DNA of 64,000 nucleotides from the human T2T-CHM13v2.0 reference genome, Homo sapiens: NCBI GenBank assembly GCA_009914755.4, contig CP086569.2, positions 16,256,001 to 16,320,000 of the forward strand, read 5' to 3'. Shown piece by piece: positions 54,239 to 64,000 of this stretch (position 1 is its first letter; each line of letters starts with the position of its first letter). The notes under the pieces were generated by a model. It saw only the letters and a program-made list of their open reading frames with translations, ran no database searches and was not told where the DNA came from. The position numbers and the translations under genes were made by a program.

Positions 54239-55200
54239 GAACCATAACATCTAGTGGATCCAGCTGTACATTGCAAACTGAAGGTTTAAGGATTCCTTTT
54301 TTGCTATACTCTTGCACAAGAAGGATAAACCTCGATTTGCTTTCTGTATGCCTTCTGTTAATCAGAAAAAACCTGCTTCTGGTTATCAATGGTAAGTTTT
54401 GCCCCATGATAATTAACCAAAGAGTCAGAAGCTGAGTTACAAATGCTTCAGCAATAGCATGCCTCTTGGCTACAGAAAAAAAAAGAAAAAGAAAAAAGAA
54501 AAAAAAAAAGCCTTTTCTTCTCTTTCAGTAGATTTAGTAATGTGGGGGTTAGGGTATGTTTGTGTGTTTGCAGGAGATGAACAAACCATGTGGGTGCCCT
54601 CAAGATGTGTATGACCATGGAATGGGATACTGGAGGGACCCACGGATCCCAACCATGGACTGGGTTCCCCCAGTATGAGCCATGAACCAGTTGAATCTCA
54701 GTCATGCTGACATCAAACCCCATAACATGGGGACAGATCAAGAAAACCACACAGAAAGCTGGGAAACTGCTGGAGCACTAGGGTTTTACCTTTTACTGGG
54801 ATTCAGAGGTACAACAGATGCTTAATGGATCAATGCTTTCTGACTGAACTCCTCTCTACCATGAATACAAGAGGCACTAATAGGTAGGCAGGAATATCAT
54901 CACCCCAATTCAGCATGAAGAAGTTACAGAAGATGGACATTCATCCTTCTGCCACCCTTAGAACTAAGGGTCCTCTTGTAAAAGAGAAAGGAGAAATATG
55001 TAAGAGGCATTCAAATCATCAATCCTCTGAAATGGATTAAGATCACTGGAAGATCTACACTTAGGGATTTTGTTCTAATAATTTTGTGCTTGTCCTATCT
55101 CGTTTTAGTCTGAAGTTGCAGAAGCTGCCACTGGAGAGTAAGCTTCCATTGAGTACAAGCAATGATAGCTGTGGAGGTTTCACCAAAAAGAAAAGGGGGG

Positions 55201-55612
55201 CATTTGGGAGAAAAGCTGAATGTTGGGAGAGAAGCCAAGGCTGGGCTTGGAACATGTCCAGGGTCCAGGTTGTAAAACCCTTGTGGACTTTGTAATGTTT
55301 CCAGTCTTGCAGGCTCCTTCCTTCTAGTTCTCCCATTATCTCAAGTAGCCATATGTTTCAAAGAAAATGCTAAACCATCACAGCTATAGTTCATTCACTT
55401 GATACACTGCTTCCTTTCAATCTCCACATCCTCACCACCTGTTTCTTTCTTTGACCATCAATAAATAGCATGGCCCCCAGAGGTCTGGGCCTTTGCAGCC
55501 TCCATACTAACATTGGACCCCTGGTCCCACTCTCTCTTGTCTTTTCTTGTTCCTTTAACTCCACCAGACTTTGTCGCCCCCACAGCCTGGTGTTGGGTCT
55601 GATCACCCTAAC
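55201..55612 (+). mobile_element. HERV-K(HML) 3' LTR (~412 bp), preceded by polypurine tract
   Basis: PPT caccaaaaagaaaaggggggca at 55181-55202. LTR ...tttgggagaaaagctgaatgttgggagagaagcc...gggtctgatcaccctaac(a); followed by TSD agtggt. Confidence 0.8.
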
Positions 55613-55613
55613 A

Positions 55614-56100
55614 GTGGTAAGTAAGTTACCTCTTTCTCTGAATTCACACAAGCTCTGTTCATTTAAAAGTGTGTGGCACCTTCCCCTGCTTGTTTCACTG
55701 CTTGCTGTAAATAATGAAATAAAAGATTACATTGTTCATCCATCATATTTTGAATTAAGTTACATTCAATATTTTGCATGGCTTTCACTATATTGAATCA
55801 GAAACAATATTTACTGGCTGTTTAAAAGATTTTAACAGTGTTATCACAGCCATAAGTTCAGCCCTTTGAGCAGAAGCAAAGTCAGTTTGAAAAACTTGCT
55901 ATTGAGGTCCTGCTTTGACCATGTGATTTGGCTGCTCCTGCTTTGCCTTCTGCCATGATTGTAAGCTCCTAGGCTTCCCCCAAATCTGATGGTTCTTCAC
56001 TTTCTATACAGCCTGCATAACTGTGAACCATTTAAACCAATTTTCATACAAATTACCCAGACTCAGGAATTTCTATATAGCAATACAATATGTCCTAACA
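55614..56100 (+). mobile_element. MaLR LTR, 3' segment (continuation of the LTR split at 50832)
   Basis: gtggtaagtaagttacctctttctctgaattcacacaagctctgttcatttaaaagtgtgtggcaccttcccct...ccatgattgtaagctcctaggcttcccccaaatctgatgg...ataactgtgaaccatttaaaccaattttcatacaaattacccagactcagg, co-linear with 48895-49130 of the paralog. Confidence 0.65.
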
Positions 56101-57933
56101 CAATCAGGAAATTTTAACATAGTCTGGAGAATTGTCACACCTATGTGAGTCAGGATGCTGACATATTTGTGTTTTACCCTTTGTTCTATTCTCAAGGCCT
56201 GCCATTACCAGATCTAATTCATGAATATATTTTCTTATCCCAGTGTGTAGCAGAAAGACACTGTGATTTCTAGAAAACACTCCAAAACTACATAACAGAG
56301 AGGCTGAGTATGAACAAATCAGAGGTAAGTATGTCACAGGAATAGGCAAAAAAAGTGTTGTCAAAGTCTAAAAATAAAAAACATGTTCCTCTCTTTTAGG
56401 TTTTCTGTAATCTCCATCCAGCTTACTGTCCATGAATAAATACCTGTCTATATACTAGGAGAAGATCCAAACCTACCTGGTTCAAAATTTAACAGTATGG
56501 TTTGCTTGTTTTGGTTGATAAGTGCTGTACTACACTCCTCTGACTGGCTCACTGCTCTTTGCTGCTATATGTCTTATTTCATTTATGCTGTGGATATTGA
56601 AGAACAAAATTGTAATGGTATGAACTAGAATCCAAAAGGACTTAAAATTGACTTTCCCTCTTAAATTAAAATTCAGTCCAGGTTTCCAATGACTGAACAC
56701 AGAGCCCCCTCTGAGACAAATATTCAATAAGTTGGGAACATCCTGGGTTGCACAAGTAAACAAGACATATAACACCGATTAGAACCACAGATGAAAACCC
56801 TTGATAAGCCAGATATCAATCTTGGGTATGCCAAAATTACACATACTCAGAATACAATCCATTTAATTACACAAATGTTGACTGGTACCTACGTAGTGTT
56901 AGACACCAAGAAAAATGTGACAGCAGATACTGAAACAGTAATTACAAGGTTAAATAAATCAGTAGTCAGAAATGATAAGTTCATTAATATATTTTGGAAC
57001 AAATACTAACAAAGAGAAACCTTGCAAAAACATTGATTAAGAATACATCACAATGTGGCAGCTAGGCTGGGGGAGGGGTGGCTGCCATTGCCCAGGTTTG
57101 CTTAGGTAAAGAAAGCAGTCTGAAAGCTACAACTGGGTGGAGCCCACCACAGCTCAAAGAGGTCTGCCTGCCTCTGTAGGCTCCACCTCTGGGGGCAGGG
57201 CACAGATCAACAAAAGGACAGCAGTAACTTCTGCAGACTTAAGTCCCTGTCTGACAGCTTTGAAGAGAGCAGTGGTTCTCCCAGCACACAGTTGAAGATC
57301 TGAGAACGGGCAGATGGCCTCCTCAAGTGGGTCCCTGACACCTGACCCCCAAGCAGCCTAACTGGGAGGCACCCCCCCGCAGGGGCAGACTGACACCTCA
57401 TACGGCCGTGTACTCCTCTGAGACAAAACTTCCAGAGGAATGATCAGACAGCAGCATTCATGGTCACGAAAAACCACTGTTCTGCAGACACCACTGCTGA
57501 TACCCAGGCAAACAGGGTCTGGAGTGGACCTCTCCAAACTCCAACAGACCTGCACCTGAGGGTCCTGTTTGTTAGAAGGAAAACTAACAAACAGAAAGGA
57601 CATCCACACAAAAAACCCATCTGTACATCACCATCATCAAAGACCAAAAGTAGATAAAACCACAAAGGTGGGGAAAAATCAGAGCAGAAAAACTGGAAAC
57701 TCTAAAAAGCAGAACACATCTCCTTCTCCAAAGGATCGCAATTCCTCACCAGCAATGGAACACAGCTGGATGGAGAATGACTTTGACGAGTTGAGAGAAG
57801 AAGGCTTCAGATGATCAAACTACGAGTTATGGGAGGAAATTCAAACCATAGGCAAAGAAGTTAAAAACTTTGAAAAAATTTAGAAGAATGTGTAACTAGA
57901 ATAACCAATACAGAGAAGTGCTTAAAGGAGCTG

Positions 57934-58695
57934 ATGCATCTGAAAGCCAAGGCTCGAGAACTACTTGAAGAATGCAGAAGCCTCAGGAGCCAAAGCGCTC
58001 AACTGGAAGAAAGGGTATCAGTGATGGAAGATGAAATGAAAGAAACGAAGCAAGAAGGGAAGTTTAGAGAAAAAAGAATAAAAAGAAACGAACAAACTCT
58101 CCAAGAAATATGGGACTATGTGAAAAGACAAAATCTACGTCTGATTGGTGTACCTGAAAGTGATGGGGAGAATGGAACAAATTTGGAAAACACTCTGCAG
58201 GATATTATGCAGGAGAACTTCCCCAATCTAGCAAGGCAGGCTAGCATTCAGATTCAGGAAATACAGAGAATGCCACAAAGACACTCCTCGAGAACAGCAA
58301 CTCCAAGACACGGAATTATCAGATTTACCAAAGTGGAAATGAAGGAAAAATTGTTAAGAGCAGCCAGAGAGAAAGGTCGGGTTACCCAAAAAGGGAAGCC
58401 CATCAGACTAACAGTGGATTTCTCAGCAGAAACTCTACAGGCCAGAAGAGAGTGGGGGCCAATATTCAACATTCTTAAAGAAAAGAATTGTCAACCCAGA
58501 ATTTCATATCCAGCCAAACTAAGCTTCATAAGTGAAGGAGAAATAAAATACTTTACAGACAAGCAAATGCTGAGAGATTTTGTCACCACCAGGCCTGCCC
58601 TAAAAGAGCTCCTGAAGGAAGCACTACACATGGAAAGGAACAACTGGTACAGCCGCTGCAAAATCATGCCAAAATTTAAAGACCATCGAGACTAG
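57934..58695 (+). pseudogene. L1 ORF1 remnant: open C-terminal 253 codons, N-terminal portion lost to stops
   Basis: MHLKAKARELLEECRSLRSQSAQLEERVSVMEDEMKE...PNLARQASIQIQEIQRMPQRHSS...REWGPIFNILKEKNCQPRISYPAKLSFISEGEIKYFTDKQMLRDFVTTRPALKELL, ~88% identical to L1HS ORF1p. In-frame stops upstream (...EEGFR*SNYEL...). Confidence 0.85.
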
Positions 58696-58742
58696 GAAGA
58701 AACTGCATCAACTAACGAGCAAAATACCCAGCTAACATCATA

Positions 58743-62590
<3,848 letters not shown>

Positions 62591-64000
62591 CAGAGGAAGG
62601 GGAACATCACACTCTGGGGACTGTTGTGGGGGTTGGGGGAAGGGGGAGGCATAGCATTGGGAGATATTCCTAATGCTAGATGATGAGTTAGTGGGTGCAC
62701 TGCACCAGCATGTCACATGTATATATTTGTAACTAACCTGCACGTTGTGCACATGTACCCTAAAACTTAGAGCATAATAATAAAAAATAATAATTAATTC
62801 CCTAAAAAAAAAAGAATACATCACTATGTAAATCAGAATCTTTTTCTCACCTGAAGACCTATGCATATGTCACCTTCAGCTAACTAATGTTAATGACCTG
62901 TTAGCTAAGAAATGTCCTCTCAGACCCGAAAACAGAAGTTGGGTAGAAGCTATGTTACAAGCCAAGCACAAATTCCAGCAGTATGAGGAGAGAGAAGACA
63001 CGGTGATGACAACATCAAATGATGAGAGGAGCAATGATCTCGTCATTTCCCTGCAACAAATGTTACAAGTTTTTAACACACTGTGAGCACTACCATACTT
63101 TTCCCTATAACCACAAACATACTTTGTGCTTTATATATACAAGATAGAAACTTCCATAGCACTGTGCTGTCACTGGTTCACCTTTACAAATGAGCCTGCA
63201 TGTAAATGCTAGTGCTTTCTTGTGTTTAGGAATGTAAAGGACTGAAATGAATAATTAAGCATAAAATTAAGGGTCTCAGTAATATTACCTCAAATGAGAA
63301 GCATGCTGTAGTGGGCTTAGAAAAAAAGTATTTAAGTATTTGACATATTGCTTCTTGTGGCTGTAAGCTATCATTTTTTACACAAAGAGAAAAAAATAAA
63401 AATTTAAAAATGATTGCTTAAAATAGATCAGTAATGATAATTTAATTGAGTGAACATCTGCAAAGTAAAACTCTTGATTAGCATGTGACATAACTCACAG
63501 GCATTAGCAGTTCTATTTAATAGGTTTGGGAATTGGTCTAAGGATTTTTTCTGATAACCCCTATTTAAATTAAAAAGTCACTCAAAAATGTATTGGTTCA
63601 AAAAGTCTTACTAGTCACACCAACCTGCATGGAGATATATGTCTGTATCAGGGAAAAATTTTGATCCCTGGGATCATAAACTTCTATAAGAAAACAGGAG
63701 TTTTATTCATAGAACACAAAAAATGAGGGCCATGTGAGAACATGTGGAAAAAGGGTCTTTCTCCAAAATTAAAAGACACATACACATACACATAAAAAAG
63801 CAAAAGGCAACTACAGATTGAAGGAAAATATTTAAAATACATACATACACACAGGCACACAGACACCAAAAGGACTTGTATGCAGAATATGTAAGGAACT
63901 GAAATTTACAACTCAGTGATGACACAATCTGCAGGAGAGAGAATAATCGTCTCCCAAATATGTCTCAGTCCTAATTCCCAGAACCTGTGTACGTTAAACT

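Larger units (their letters stand above)
50833..55612 (+). mobile_element. HERV-K superfamily (HML-type betaretrovirus-like) provirus, internally deleted, ~4.8 kb, flanked by 6-bp TSD AGTGGT
   Basis: Two ~415-bp LTRs (50833-51249; 55201-55612) that align to each other. tRNA-Lys PBS after 5' LTR. gag CA with QYLQFKTWW motif. pol RNase H and integrase remnants. PPT aaaaagaaaagggggg before 3' LTR. TSD agtggt at 50827-50832 and 55613-55618. Confidence 0.85.

Noticed and set aside
57934-58695. 253-aa ORF that could be taken as an intact L1 ORF1 gene
   Set aside because: It starts at an internal Met. In-frame stops lie upstream where the ORF1p N-terminal or coiled-coil region should be, and ORF2 is fragmented. 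The element is non-autonomous and dead.

Overview
This window reads as human (primate) genomic DNA: AT-rich, CpG-depleted and dominated by interspersed repeats, and no intact cellular protein-coding gene is visible. I estimate at least two-thirds of it is transposable-element derived. The largest elements are: (1) a ~7.5 kb ERV9/HERV-9 provirus on the minus strand (37024-44556) with LTR12 LTRs, a tRNA-Arg PBS, frameshifted gag/pro/pol, IN and env-SU deleted, and an env-TM tail carrying an immunosuppressive-domain-like motif; (2) a ~4.8 kb internally deleted HERV-K(HML)-type provirus on the plus strand (50833-55612) with ~415-bp LTRs, a tRNA-Lys PBS and a perfect 6-bp TSD, inserted inside a MaLR LTR and itself carrying a younger Alu; (3) two near-full-length but inactive L1PA elements on the plus strand (19695-25094; 57056-62813, the latter with a 15-bp TSD); (4) older L1 ORF2 fragments (1-1955; 27960-31125). 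There are also about 18 Alu copies or fragments, several MaLR LTRs (MLT1-like and THE1/MST-like), a ~51-bp-unit minisatellite, a ~135-bp-unit local tandem repeat, and simple repeats. All ORFs in the track longer than 60 aa are retroelement remnants, translations of Alu or simple-repeat DNA, or unsupported. Two short segments with credible splice signals and open frames are flagged as low-confidence candidate exons (minus strand 32270-32359; plus strand 11749-11922). No prokaryotic-type systems are present and none would be expected here.
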